DNA of 64,000 bases from Alphaproteobacteria bacterium (GTDB lineage: Bacteria; Pseudomonadota; Alphaproteobacteria; SMXQ01). The DNA lies in assembly GCA_038131655.1 (NCBI GenBank), contig JAYPPT010000002.1, forward strand, positions 52,517 to 116,516, written 5' to 3'. Both the position numbers and the translations under genes were made by a program. The notes under the pieces are model-generated. The model did not search any database, was not told the origin of the DNA, and saw only the letters and a list, made by a program, of their open reading frames with translations. Shown here piece by piece: positions 31,741-42,587 of this stretch (positions are counted from its first letter, which is position 1; every line of letters begins with the position of its first letter).

Positions 31741-34700
31741 ATGCTCTTAAAATTCTGCGGTGTCATGGTGGCGGGGCTCGCCGTGCTCATGATCCTTGCC
31801 GTGGCGCGCCTGAGTTTCGGCCCGGTTGCCCTCGATTTCCTGACGCCCTATGTCGAGCGCGGCTTATCGGCGGAGGACGGCAGCTACAAGGTGACCGTTC
31901 AAAAAACGGTGCTAACCTGGGGCGGCTGGGAACGCACCATAGATATTCAGCTTTCGGGGCTGAGGGTGGTGGATGCAGCCGGGGCGGAGCAGGCGGCGGT
32001 ACCCAGTCTTGCCGTCGGGTTCTCCCTGCGGGCCCTGGCGTTCGGCCGCGTGGCGCCGGCGCGACTTGAACTGTTTCATCCCAGACTGACCGTGGTACGG
32101 CGGGCCGATGGTGGTTTCGCCTTTGGCGATGGTGTGCCGGGGGCGGCGACGGATGGTGAAACCGCGCGTCTTGGGGGCGACTTGACGGGTACCGTGATCG
32201 CCCATCTGGTGGGACCGCCGAGCCATGACGGACCGCTCGGATACCTGCGGCGGGTGAGCCTGTTCGATGCGGATCTTGTCTTCGACGACAAGCGCACGGG
32301 TGTCGTGCTGCGCGCACCGGGTAGCCAGCTTGTGCTGTCGCGTGACAGTGGCGGGCTCGGCATCAGTGCACGCGTCAATATTGATGGTGGCCAGCATCAG
32401 GCAAAGCTTGAATTGGCTGGTGGTTACAACGCGGCGGAAAAAGCCCTCGATATAGAGACCCGTCTGGCCGGTCTGGTACCTGCGGAATTCGCCGGTATCG
32501 CGCCGGTGCTGGCACCGCTCGGCCAGGCGAAGCTGCCCCTGTCGGGAAAGGTGCTGGCCCGTATCAATCTCGATGGCGCTATCGGCGCCATCGCCGTGGA
32601 CATGGAGGCGGGGTCGGGGACGCTCGATGCACCGGCCTATTTCGATGCGCCGGTAACGGTGCGGGCCGCCGGGCTTAAGGGGCAGTTGGCTGCCGGCGGA
32701 AACAGCTTCGTGCTGGAGGCTTTCACGGCGGATTTCAACGGTCCCCGCATCGCGCTCTCGGGCAAGGGAGGGCGCGCCGATGGCCGGGTCAATATGACCT
32801 TCGAGGCAGGCGCGCGGAACGTTTCCAGCGCCGATCTGCGGCGCCTGTGGCCCAAGGGCGTTGCCGATAACGGACGGACATGGGTACTGGAGAACATAGA
32901 GGACGGCGGCGTCAGCGAATTGAATCTCACCGCCGCAATTTCGGGCCGCGCCGATGCGTCGGGCGTCATTTCGGGGCTGAAGCTGGACAAGCTGGATGGC
33001 GGTTTCGACATAGACGGGGTCACCTTGCATTACCTGCGTCCGCTACCGCCGCTCACCGGTCTTCGCGGCCGCGCGACGCTGGCGCCGGGCGCGCTGAACT
33101 TCACCGTGTCGCAGGGACGCATGGGCCGATTGCGGGTCGGTGACGGGAAAGTAAAAATCTACGATCTGGATACCGATATTGAACGGTTGGACCTGGAAGC
33201 GGTCGCGGGCGGTCCGATTGCCGATGTGGTGAAGGTGCTCAATCACCCACGCCTGAACCTGGTGAAGGCCCTGGGGATCAGCCCAGCGGCGATCAAGGGC
33301 GACGGCGCGACGCGGCTGGTGATGAAATTTCCGCTGCGCAAGGATCTTAAGTTCGACCATATCGAAATCGCCGCCGCATCCAACCTGACCGGTGTGGCGC
33401 TGCCCGCCGTTGCGATGGGCAACGACCTGACCGATGGCGATCTGGTTCTGCATCTCGACAAGCGTGGCATGGATATTGCCGGCAAGGTCAAGCTGGGGGG
33501 CGTGCCCGCCGATCTGAAGTGGACGGAGAATTTTTATTCCGGCGCCCTGTTCCGTTCGCGCTACCACATCAAGGGGACGGCGGATGACGCGGCGCGGAAC
33601 CGTTTCGGTCTCGACTTCCTGGGCCCCCACGTCAACGGGCCTGTGCTGGCCGATCTCATCATCACTCGCTACGACGCCAAGCGGATGACGCTTACCGGCG
33701 CGTTCAACGTCAAGGACGCGGGGCTAATTTTTGGCGAACTGGGGTGGCGCAAGCTGCCCGGCGTTGCCGGTTTTGCGCGGGTCAACCTTACAATTGAAAA
33801 TGATCGCGCCAAGGCGATTGAGCGGCTGACACTGCGTGCCGGTGATCTTTCCGCGTCGGGATCGATTGCGTTGCGTCCCGATGGCAAGTCCATTTCCGCA
33901 TTTGATTTCAGCGAACTGAAATACGGCGAAAGCGATTACCACGTGCGTGGTCGTTTTCGTGACGACGGCGGAATGGTGATCGATGTTGCCGGAACGCGGG
34001 CGGATATCCGCTCGTTCCTCAAGCAGCGCGGCGACGGCAAGCCTAAGGTGCCGCTGGACGTTACCGTTGATCTGGGTGCTGTGCGGGCCGCGCCGGGCGC
34101 GGTGATCAGCAACGTCAAGGGCCGGCTGGTGCGCGACACCGTGGACTGGAATGCCATGGACATTGCCGGCACGGTCGGCAAGGGTACGCCGCTGACCCTG
34201 CGGATCGCGCCTGACAAAGGCCAGTTGCGCCTGGCGGTTGTCAGCGCCGATGCCGGGGCAACGCTCAAGGCCTTTGATATCAGCGACAAGGTTGTGGGCG
34301 GCACCCTCAATATCGGCGGTCAGTATGATCTGTCCAAGGCGAGCCGTCCGCTTACCGGACATTTTGCCATGCGCGACTTTCACATGGTGAAGGCGCCGTT
34401 CCTAGCCAAGCTGTTGTCGGTGGCTTCGTTGACGGGTCTGCTGGATACGCTGACCGGGCAGGGCATTTCCCTCAAGCGGGCCGATGTGCCTTTCGTCAAG
34501 GACCGCGACAGGATCACGCTCAAGGAATCGCGTGCGCACGGCGCCGCGATCGGGTTTACGGCCCAGGGTTCGATCGACCTGGAAAAGGACACACTGGACC
34601 TGAAGGGCACGCTGGTGCCGGCCTATACGCTGAATTCGGTGTTCGGCAGCATCCCGCTGATCGGGCGCATTCTGGTGCCGGAAAAGGGCTCGGGCCTGTT

Positions 34701-34947
34701 CGCCGCGACCTATACCATGCGCGGGCCGATCGAGGCCCCGGCGGTTTCGGTGAACCCGCTGGCGACGTTGGCGCCGGGTTTCCTGCGCGGCCTGTTCGAT
34801 ATTTTCGATGAGCCGGCCAAGGATGCGGTCCCGTCCACGGCGCCCAAGGCGTCGCCGCCGCCCGTGGTTTCGAGCCCGGCGGGGCCTGTCGGGCCAGTGA
34901 CGCCGGCACCGGTGCCCACGGCGCCGGCGCCCGCATCGCGGAGATAG
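31741..34947 (+). CDS. AsmA-like/YhdP-family (DUF3971) large envelope protein with a Pro-rich C-terminus
   Basis: N-terminal TM helix, long beta-rich body, C-terminal PSTAPKASPPPVVSSPAGPVGPVTPAPVPTAPAPA. ATG at 31741 preferred. Confidence 0.65.
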   Translation: MLLKFCGVMVAGLAVLMILAVARLSFGPVALDFLTPYVERGLSAEDGSYKVTVQKTVLTWGGWERTIDIQLSGLRVVDAAGAEQAAVPSLAVGFSLRALAFGRVAPARLELFHPRLTVVRRADGGFAFGDGVPGAATDGETARLGGDLTGTVIAHLVGPPSHDGPLGYLRRVSLFDADLVFDDKRTGVVLRAPGSQLVLSRDSGGLGISARVNIDGGQHQAKLELAGGYNAAEKALDIETRLAGLVPAEFAGIAPVLAPLGQAKLPLSGKVLARINLDGAIGAIAVDMEAGSGTLDAPAYFDAPVTVRAAGLKGQLAAGGNSFVLEAFTADFNGPRIALSGKGGRADGRVNMTFEAGARNVSSADLRRLWPKGVADNGRTWVLENIEDGGVSELNLTAAISGRADASGVISGLKLDKLDGGFDIDGVTLHYLRPLPPLTGLRGRATLAPGALNFTVSQGRMGRLRVGDGKVKIYDLDTDIERLDLEAVAGGPIADVVKVLNHPRLNLVKALGISPAAIKGDGATRLVMKFPLRKDLKFDHIEIAAASNLTGVALPAVAMGNDLTDGDLVLHLDKRGMDIAGKVKLGGVPADLKWTENFYSGALFRSRYHIKGTADDAARNRFGLDFLGPHVNGPVLADLIITRYDAKRMTLTGAFNVKDAGLIFGELGWRKLPGVAGFARVNLTIENDRAKAIERLTLRAGDLSASGSIALRPDGKSISAFDFSELKYGESDYHVRGRFRDDGGMVIDVAGTRADIRSFLKQRGDGKPKVPLDVTVDLGAVRAAPGAVISNVKGRLVRDTVDWNAMDIAGTVGKGTPLTLRIAPDKGQLRLAVVSADAGATLKAFDISDKVVGGTLNIGGQYDLSKASRPLTGHFAMRDFHMVKAPFLAKLLSVASLTGLLDTLTGQGISLKRADVPFVKDRDRITLKESRAHGAAIGFTAQGSIDLEKDTLDLKGTLVPAYTLNSVFGSIPLIGRILVPEKGSGLFAATYTMRGPIEAPAVSVNPLATLAPGFLRGLFDIFDEPAKDAVPSTAPKASPPPVVSSPAGPVGPVTPAPVPTAPAPASRR

Positions 34948-34951
34948 CGCC

Positions 34952-36185
34952 CTAGGTTCTGGAGACCAGGCGGGCGATTTTCTTTTTGCCCACCGTCAGC
35001 CGCTGTTCGCCCGCCTGGGGCATGACAGTCAGGTTCATGTCCGTGATCTTTTCACCGTCGATGGACACCGCGCCTTGCTGCACCAAGCGGCGGGCTTCGC
35101 TGTTCGATTTGGCGAAACCGGCGGACGTGATCGCGGCGATGACTGACAGTCCCGCAGCATCGCTGATTTCTATGGTCGGCAGATCGCCGCCCAGCGTGCC
35201 TTCCTCGAAGGTCTTGCGCGCCGTTTCATTGGCGGCTTCGGCGGCGGCCCGGCCGTGGACCATGGCGGTCGCGTGATCGGCGAGGATTTTCTTGGCCTCG
35301 TTGATCTCCGCCCCTTGCAGTTGTTCCAGCCGGGCGATCTCGTCCAGGGGCAGTTCGGTGAACAGGCGCAGGAAGCGGCCCACGTCGGCATCTTCCGTGT
35401 TGCGCCAGAACTGCCAGTAGGCGTAGGCGGGCAACCGGGCTTCCGACAACCACACCGCGCCGCGCGCGGTCTTGCCCATTTTTTCGCCCGAGGCCGTGGT
35501 GATCAGCGGGCTGGTGAGGCCGAACACCTCGCGCTCGGCGGCGCGGCGCGTCAGTTCGACGCCGTTGACGATATTGCCCCACTGGTCCGATCCGCCCATT
35601 TGCAGCACGCAATCGTGCCGCCGCGCCAGTTCCAGGAAGTCATAGGCTTGCAGGATCATGTAGTTGAATTCGAGAAAGCTGAGGGGCTGTTCGCGTTCAA
35701 GGCGCAGCTTGACCGATCTGAATCCGAGCATCCGGTTGACGGAAAAATGCCGCCCGTAATCGCGCAGGAATGAAATGTAGTTCAGCCGGTCGAGCCATTC
35801 GGCGTTGTCCAGTATGACCGCATCGTTGGTGCCGTCGCCGAAGCTGACAAAGCGGTCGAAGATACGCTGGATGCCGGCTTTGTTTTCTCCGATGACCGCT
35901 TCGGACAGAAGCTGGCGGCTTTCGTCCTTGCCCGACGGATCGCCCACTGGTGGTGCCGCCGCCCATCAGGACGATGGGCTTGTGGCCGGATTTCTGCAAA
36001 TGACGCAGCAGCATGATCGGCACCAGGGAGCCGACGTGAAGGCTGGATGCCGTGCAGTCGAAGCCGATGTAAGCCGTGGTGACGCCCTTCATCAGGCGCG
36101 CATCGAGCGCGTCCATGTCCGTGCACTGGTGCACGAATCCGCGTTCGATCAGGGTATTGAGGAATTCGCTCTTGACCGTAGCCAT
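34952..36185 (-). pseudogene. tyrS: Tyrosine--tRNA ligase, interrupted by an apparent 2-nt deletion near 35950 (likely artefact)
   Basis: N-terminal ORF ends …[11 protein letters not shown] then goes out of frame. The next ORF begins [14 protein letters not shown] (class I KMSKS: [10 protein letters not shown]). Expected accaccaaggtgggc is observed as accaccagtgggc. Confidence 0.85.
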
Positions 36186-36307
36186 GGCCTGAAGTCTGTT
36201 GCACAAGGGTGAATGCTTGGTTGCGGCGTCATGTAGCATGATCGGAGAGGCGGCACAAATTGAACGGTGAAGGGCCCTATAATATTGATCGCGGCCCGGC
36301 GGCTGGC

Positions 36308-37411
36308 GTGCCGGTCTGGGCCGTGGGCCTGATGAGCGGAACCTCCTCGACGGTGTCGACGTGGCCCTGGTTCGCACCGACGGCGAGACCCTGACCGAGG
36401 TGGGACCGGCCCTGATGCTGGCCTATGACGATGTCTTTCGCAAACGTCTGCATGCGCTGATCCGGGGCCGGGCCGACGACGCCGAGCGCGCCGATATCGA
36501 GCGCGATCTGACCGCGCGCCACTGGAAGGCGGTGGGCGCCCTGGTGCGGCGCTGGTACGACGGTGATCCCCGCGATGTCCGGGTGATCGGTTTCACGGCC
36601 AGACCCTGTGGCACCGCCCGGAAAGCCACGAGACCTGCCAGATCGGGGACGGCGCCCTGCTGGCCCAATTGTCGGCGGCGCCGGTCATCAATGATTTTCG
36701 CAGCGCCGACATGGCGGCGGGCGGCGAAGGCCCCCGTTGGCGCCGCTTTACCACCTGGCCCGCGTCGCGGCCTGCGGTATCGCGGCGCCGGTGGCGGTCC
36801 TGAACATCGGCGGCGTCGCCAACGTCACCTGGATCGGACCCGATGACTTGGCCCTGGAAGATCGTCTGCTGGCCTTCGACACCGGTCCCGGCGGCGCGCT
36901 GATCGACGATTGGGCGCTGATGCATACGGGCCGAGCCTGCGACGTGGACGGACGGCTGGCGGTGGCGGGACGGTGGACGCGGCGGCGGTGGCGCAAATGA
37001 TGGCGCATCCCTTTTGATCGGGCGCCGCCCAAGTCCCTCGACCGGCTGGCGTTCGAGACTCCGCTCGGCGGGCTTGGGGTCGAGAACGGGACGGCCACCC
37101 TGACCGCCTTTACCGTGCGTTCCATCGCGCGCGCGGCGGATTTCTTCCCGCAGCCGGTGACGCGCTGGCTGGTCACCGGCGGTGGTCGCCATAACCCGGT
37201 GCTGATGGCGGGGCTGGCGGCGGCGCTGGGCGTGCCGGTGGAGCCGGTGGAAGATGTGGGCTGGAACGGCGATGCGATCGAGGCGGAGGCGTTTGCCTAT
37301 CTCGCGGTGCGGTCGCTTCGGGGCTTGCCGCTGAGCCTCCCCAAAACGACTGGCGCCCGCCGTGCGATGACGGGCGGGCGCCTGTACATGCCGGAAGGGT
37401 CCGTCGCCTAG
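36308..37411 (+). pseudogene. anmK: Anhydro-N-acetylmuramic acid kinase, at least 4 frame disruptions
   Basis: AnmK segments [11 protein letters not shown] / [28 protein letters not shown] / APLYHLARVAACGIAAPVAVLNIGGVANVTWIGP / SIARAADFFPQPVTRWLVTGGGRHNPVLMAGL occur in three different frames. The first lesion is tccctcgac observed as tcctcgac. Confidence 0.7.
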
Positions 37412-38073
37412 CTAGCTTCGCGCACCGCGTCGAGGGCCTTGCGCGCCTCATCGACATAGGTGCCGACGGCCTGGCTCATTTCCTCGAGCTTGTCCTGGAA
37501 GAAGTGGTTGGCACCGGGAATATTGGTGTGCTGCACCACGATGTCGCGCTGGGCCGACAGCTTGGTCGCCAGCGCCTTGACCGAATCGGCGGGCACCAGG
37601 TCATCGGCGTCGCCGTGGACGATCAGTCCCGACGCCGGGCAGGGCGCGAGGAAGGTGAAGTCGTAGAGGTTGGCCGGCGGGGCGACGGAAATGAAGCCCT
37701 CGATCTCGGGGCGGCGCATCAGCAGTTGCATGCCGATCCAGGCGCCGAAGGAAAAGCCCGCGATCCAGCAGCCGGCGGCATCCGGGTTCTGGGTCTGGAT
37801 CCAGTCCAGCGCCGCGGCCGCGTCGGCCAGTTCGCCCTGGCCCTGGTCGAAACGTCCCTGGGAGCGTCCGACACCGCGAAAATTGAAGCGTAGCGCCGAA
37901 AAGCCTCGCTGAACGAAGGTATTGTACAGGTTGTACACGACCTTGTTGTTCATCGTGCCGCCGCCCTGGGGATGGGGATGCAGCAGCAGCACCATCGGTG
38001 CATTTTCGGTTTTACTCTGAAAGTAACGGCCTTCAAGACGCCCATCGGGCCCATTAAAGATGATTTCCGGCAT
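37408..38073 (-). CDS. Alpha/beta-fold hydrolase (dienelactone-hydrolase-like)
   Basis: 221 aa with the GFSFGAW nucleophile elbow. Confidence 0.7.
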   Translation of the reverse strand: MPEIIFNGPDGRLEGRYFQSKTENAPMVLLLHPHPQGGGTMNNKVVYNLYNTFVQRGFSALRFNFRGVGRSQGRFDQGQGELADAAAALDWIQTQNPDAAGCWIAGFSFGAWIGMQLLMRRPEIEGFISVAPPANLYDFTFLAPCPASGLIVHGDADDLVPADSVKALATKLSAQRDIVVQHTNIPGANHFFQDKLEEMSQAVGTYVDEARKALDAVREAS

Positions 38074-38255
38074 TCCTCACCTTGAATTCCCGCGGAATCC
38101 CGCGATTTAAACGCTCGCCCATGGAAAAATTGCGGGTATAAAGGCCAGCCAGCCTTCCGGATTTTCCCAATACCTGATATAATTTGTGGGTTTTATCAAG
38201 TCCGTTACCGCGCGTTGCGGAGGGCAGGGCGGCGCAACATAGCACAAAGGGCACC

Positions 38256-38978
38256 ATGTTTTTCAAGAGCCTGATAGAAGACATTGATGCTGTCCTCGTC
38301 CGGGACCCGGCTGCAAAAAGCCGATTCGATGTCATTTTCAGCTACCCCGGCTTCCATGCCCTGATGTTTTACCGCCTGTCCCACCGCCTGTGGGGTTGGG
38401 GGGCGCGCTTTTTCGCCCGCTGGGTTTCGCACCTGGCGCGGTGGCTGACGGGGATCGAGATTCACCCCGGTGCCCAAATCGGCCAGCGCTTTTTCATCGA
38501 CCACGGCATGGGAGTCGTGATCGGTGAGACAGCAGAGATAGGCAACGACGTGACCATTTACCAGGGGGTGACCCTTGGCGGCACTTCCTTGCACGACGGC
38601 AAGCGCCACCCCACCTTGGGCAACGGTGTCGTTGTCGGTTCTGGGGCCCAGGTCCTGGGACCGCTGACCGTGGGTAAGGGCGCGCGGATCGGCGCCAACG
38701 CGGTGGTGCTGCGCGATGTGCCGGAAGGCGTCACCATGGTTGGCATTCCCGCCCGCCCGGTGCAGCCCAAGCCCAAGGTCGTCGATACCGACAAGGCGGT
38801 GCCGCTGGAATTTTGCGCCTATGGAACCCAGAACGGCGACATGCCCGATCCGGTTGCCCGCGCCCTTGATCAGCTATGCGAGCATGTCACGAACAGCCAG
38901 AAGCGGATTGAGGAACTGGAGCGGCGGCTGGCGGAACGTGACCCGGAAGAAAACGCGCCGCGCTTGGCCAAAAACTAA
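38256..38978 (+). CDS. cysE: Serine O-acetyltransferase
   Basis: [13 protein letters not shown]..., hexapeptide repeats, [15 protein letters not shown]. Confidence 0.85.
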   Translation: MFFKSLIEDIDAVLVRDPAAKSRFDVIFSYPGFHALMFYRLSHRLWGWGARFFARWVSHLARWLTGIEIHPGAQIGQRFFIDHGMGVVIGETAEIGNDVTIYQGVTLGGTSLHDGKRHPTLGNGVVVGSGAQVLGPLTVGKGARIGANAVVLRDVPEGVTMVGIPARPVQPKPKVVDTDKAVPLEFCAYGTQNGDMPDPVARALDQLCEHVTNSQKRIEELERRLAERDPEENAPRLAKN

Positions 38979-39042
38979 GACCTGACAGTCCGGCAGCTTG
39001 CGGCATGGGTCGCACCCGGGCGCATCCGAGCGGAGACGGATC

Positions 39043-39498
39043 ATGAAACTGACAACCAAGGGCCGCTACGCGGTGATGGCGATGGCGGATCTGGCCCGCA
39101 ATGGCGGCGAAAAGCCGTTGTCGCTGGCCGATATTGCCGAGCGCCAGGAAATTTCCCTGTCCTACCTGGAACAGCTTTTCGCCAAGCTGCGTAAGGGCGG
39201 GCTGGTGCGTTCGGTGCGCGGGCCGGGCGGCGGCTACCTGTTGTCGCGCCCTGCCAGCGCAGTGCGGGTTTCCGACATCATTTTTGCCGTGGATGAGCCC
39301 ATCCGCGCCACGCGCTGCACTCCCGGTTCGCCGATCAGTTGCCAGGGCGCCAAGGGCCGATGCCTGACCCATGACCTCTGGGAGGAACTGTCCAATCACA
39401 TTCACCTATTCCTGAGTGCGGTAACACTCGACGATGTGAGCAGTCAGAAGGTGCTGGGCATGTCCGGCGTCGTGTATCGCAACAGCGCCGTCCAATAG
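39043..39498 (+). CDS. Rrf2-family transcriptional regulator (IscR-like)
   Basis: [18 protein letters not shown]... wHTH and Cys residues ([16 protein letters not shown]). Confidence 0.8.
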   Translation: MKLTTKGRYAVMAMADLARNGGEKPLSLADIAERQEISLSYLEQLFAKLRKGGLVRSVRGPGGGYLLSRPASAVRVSDIIFAVDEPIRATRCTPGSPISCQGAKGRCLTHDLWEELSNHIHLFLSAVTLDDVSSQKVLGMSGVVYRNSAVQ

Positions 39499-39544
39499 AC
39501 AAAGCCCAGGTCTTGATCCGAACCGCCGCGAGAGAGCCCATCCC

Positions 39545-40687
39545 GTGAGTTGCCGTCATTACATGGATTACAACGCGACCGCGCCGCACCGCGCCGAAGT
39601 GCGTGCCGCAATTAGCGATGCGCTGGCAATGACCGGCAATCCGTCGTCAGTTCATGCCGAGGGCCGTGCCGCCCGCGCCGCCGTTGAGACGGCCCGGCGC
39701 GATGTTGCGGCGCTGGTCGGGGCCCAACCGACGCAAGTGGTGTTCACCGGTTCGGGATCGGAGGCGAACAATCTTGCTCTTTCCGGCCTCCGACCGGCGC
39801 GGGTCATGGTGTCGGCGGTAGAGCACGCCTCGGTCCTGCGTCCGGCGGCGGAACGCTCGGGCGCCTTCGTGCTGCTGGCGGTGGACGGTGATGGGGTGGT
39901 GAACCTGGGTGGCCTGGAACGCGCCCTCGACGAATCTTCCGCTACCGGGCCGACGCTGGTTTCGGTAATGCTCGCCAATAACGAGACCGGCGTCATCCAG
40001 CCGACGGCCGATGTGGTGCGTCTGGCCAGGGATGCAGGCGCCTTGGTGCATATCGATGCGGTGCAGGGTGTGGGCCGTATCGCCATTGATTTTGCCGCGC
40101 TCGGTTGCGATTTGATGAGCCTGTCGGCGCACAAGCTCGGTGGTCCCAAGGGCGTAGGTGCGCTAGTGGTGCGCAACGGACTAGCGCTGGCGCCGCTGGT
40201 GGCCGGTGGCGGGCAGGAGCGCAGCCTGCGCGCGGGCACGGAAAATGTCGCCGGTATTGTCGGTTTTGCCGCTGCGGCGCGCGTGGCGCGGGCCGAGGTC
40301 GCGGCGGGAACGGAGCTTGCCCGCCAGCGGGCGATGCGTGACCGTATCGAGGCGGCGGTCCTGGCCAGCCGCAATGACGCGATCATTCTGGGCACGGCCG
40401 CCGAACGGCTGGTCAATACCAGTTGCATTGCGTTGCCTGGCGCGCGGTCCGATGTTCAGGTCATGGCCTTCGACCTGGCCGGGATCGCGCTCAGTGCGGG
40501 TTCGGCCTGCTCGTCGGGTAAGGTGGAACCGTCCCACGTTCTCGAAGCGATGGGACTGGCGCCGGAAATCGCGGGCAGTGTCGTGCGCGTCAGTGTCGGC
40601 TACGGCACAACCGATGCCGATGCCGATGCCTTCATAGATGCGTGGCAGAGGATTTGCGGTGCTGGGGGCACGCGCCGCACAGCGTAG
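39545..40687 (+). CDS. Cysteine desulfurase (NifS/IscS family)
   Basis: 380 aa with motifs [19 protein letters not shown] and the active-site loop SAGSACSSG. Confidence 0.85.
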   Translation: MSCRHYMDYNATAPHRAEVRAAISDALAMTGNPSSVHAEGRAARAAVETARRDVAALVGAQPTQVVFTGSGSEANNLALSGLRPARVMVSAVEHASVLRPAAERSGAFVLLAVDGDGVVNLGGLERALDESSATGPTLVSVMLANNETGVIQPTADVVRLARDAGALVHIDAVQGVGRIAIDFAALGCDLMSLSAHKLGGPKGVGALVVRNGLALAPLVAGGGQERSLRAGTENVAGIVGFAAAARVARAEVAAGTELARQRAMRDRIEAAVLASRNDAIILGTAAERLVNTSCIALPGARSDVQVMAFDLAGIALSAGSACSSGKVEPSHVLEAMGLAPEIAGSVVRVSVGYGTTDADADAFIDAWQRICGAGGTRRTA

Positions 40688-40734
40688 TTTTTTTCAATTG
40701 TGTGTTCCAAGAGCAAGAAAGGTGGTTCGGCGCG

Positions 40735-41064
40735 ATGCCCAAAATGACATTCATCAATAAGGATGGTTCCAAGAAGGAAGTGGAAGCGCCGATCGGCCAG
40801 TCGGTGCTGGAAATTGCCCATGCCAACGGCATAGACATCGAAGGCGCGTGCGAGGGATCGCTGGCCTGTTCCACCTGCCATGTCATCGTCGCGCCGGAGG
40901 ATTACGAGCGCCTGTCGGAAGCGACCGAGGACGAAGAAGACATGCTCGATCTCGCCTTCGGGTTGACGGCGACCTCGCGGCTCGGCTGCCAGATCATCAT
41001 GAGCGAGGAGCTCGAGGGCCTGACCGTGAACCTGCCCCAGGAAACCCACAACATGCAGGGCTAG
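40735..41064 (+). CDS. 2Fe-2S ferredoxin (adrenodoxin/Fdx type)
   Basis: Motifs [11 protein letters not shown]...C are typical of adrenodoxin-type ferredoxins. Confidence 0.8.
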   Translation: MPKMTFINKDGSKKEVEAPIGQSVLEIAHANGIDIEGACEGSLACSTCHVIVAPEDYERLSEATEDEEDMLDLAFGLTATSRLGCQIIMSEELEGLTVNLPQETHNMQG

Positions 41065-41070
41065 CCGGGA

Positions 41071-42237
41071 ATGAGCGTCGTGCTGGACCAAGCCGATGTG
41101 CTGCCCGTTCTTGCTCCCCTGGTGGCGGGCAAGGCGCCTGCGGACACGCGTGTGGTCGTCGCTATGTCGGGCGGCGTCGATTCGTCGGCGACGGCGGCGT
41201 GGCTGCACGCGCTCGGCTACGATGTGATCGGCATCACGCTTCAGCTTTACGATCATGGTCAGGCGGTGGGGCGCAAGGGTGCTTGCTGCGCCGGGCAGGA
41301 TATCCACGATGCCCGTGACGTTGCCGCTGGGCTTGGTATTCCGCATTACGTGCTCGACTACGAAAGCCGTTTCCGCGATCAGGTGATGGACGATTTCGCT
41401 GATGCCTACCTGCGCGGGGAAACACCGATCCCCTGCGTGCGCTGTAACCAGACGGTGAAGTTCCGCGACCTGCTGGCGACGGCCCGCGAACTGGGCGCGG
41501 ATGTCTTGGCCACCGGCCATTATGCGCGCCGCGAGGAAGGTGCCGCCGGCCCCGAACTGCGCCGCGCCGCCGATGACGGGCGCGACCAGAGCTATTTCCT
41601 GTTCACCACCACCCGCGACCAGCTCGATCTGCTGCGCTTCCCCCTGGGCGGGCTGCCGGACAAGGCCGCGACCCGGGCGCTGGCCCAGCGCTTCGGCCTG
41701 CGCGTCGCCGACAAGCCCGACAGCCAGGACATCTGCTTCGTGCCCGATGGCGATTACGCGCGGGTGATCGAAAAGCTGCGCCCCGGCGCGGCGGAGCCGG
41801 GCGATATCGTGGATATGGAGGGCAATGTCCTGGGCCGCCACAAGGGCATCATTCATTACACCATCGGCCAGCGCCGGGGGCTCGGCATCGGCGGGCGCAC
41901 GGGCGGGGAGGACGATGCGCTTTATGTCATCCGCCTCGATGCCGATAGGCGCCGCGTCATCGTCGGCCCGCGTGCGGCGCTCGGCGTCGGCGCGATCACC
42001 CTGCGCGAGGTGAACTGGCTCGGCGATGCGCCCCTCGGCGCCCGGCCGGTGCCGGTCATGGTCAAGGTGCGCTCGACCCATCGCCCGGTGGCGGTGACCC
42101 TCGCGGCCACCGAAGATGGCGGCGCCCGGCTGGTGTTCGATCAGCCCGAGCCCGGCGTTTCGCCGGGCCAGGCGGCGGTTTTCTACGATGGTGACCGGGT
42201 ACTTGGCGGCGGCTGGATCGCGGCCACGGGCGGTTAA
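41071..42237 (+). CDS. mnmA: tRNA-specific 2-thiouridylase
   Basis: [13 protein letters not shown]-loop; C-terminus [13 protein letters not shown]. Confidence 0.9.
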   Translation: MSVVLDQADVLPVLAPLVAGKAPADTRVVVAMSGGVDSSATAAWLHALGYDVIGITLQLYDHGQAVGRKGACCAGQDIHDARDVAAGLGIPHYVLDYESRFRDQVMDDFADAYLRGETPIPCVRCNQTVKFRDLLATARELGADVLATGHYARREEGAAGPELRRAADDGRDQSYFLFTTTRDQLDLLRFPLGGLPDKAATRALAQRFGLRVADKPDSQDICFVPDGDYARVIEKLRPGAAEPGDIVDMEGNVLGRHKGIIHYTIGQRRGLGIGGRTGGEDDALYVIRLDADRRRVIVGPRAALGVGAITLREVNWLGDAPLGARPVPVMVKVRSTHRPVAVTLAATEDGGARLVFDQPEPGVSPGQAAVFYDGDRVLGGGWIAATGG

Positions 42238-42285
42238 CTTGACAGGGTGGGGCAGCCCGGCCTATACGCCTGTTTCCCGATTTAA

Positions 42286-42361
42286 GGCGGAGTAGCTCAG
42301 CTGGTTAGAGCAGTGGAATCATAATCCATGTGTCGGGGTTCAAATCCCTCCTCCGCTACCA
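42286..42361 (+). tRNA. tRNA-Met (anticodon CAT; elongator type, tRNA-Ile2 not excluded)
   Basis: 76-nt cloverleaf: acceptor GGCGGAG/CTCCGCT, D-arm GCTC..GAGC, anticodon stem GTGGA/TCCAT with loop ATCATAA, T-loop TTCAAAT, encoded CCA. Confidence 0.85.
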
Positions 42362-42368
42362 AATCAAG

Positions 42369-42397
42369 CCCCGCAGCCCCCGGTTGCGGGGCTTTAT
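42369..42397 (+). terminator. Rho-independent terminator after the tRNA
   Basis: gccccgca-N9-tgcggggc followed by tttat. Confidence 0.55.
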
Positions 42398-42587
42398 GGT
42401 CAGGGGACACGAAGCCCATTTTTTGAAAATTATTTTTAAAAATAAAGGGCTAATCTAATGAATAATAAATTCCGCTATTCGTCTAGAATCTATTAACTTT
42501 CGAGCTATCCTGCCATTTACAAGCAGGGAGAAAAGCAAGATTTCTATGTCTGGTGTTTCCCCTTGCATTCTGGCCTGATGTCAGGTG

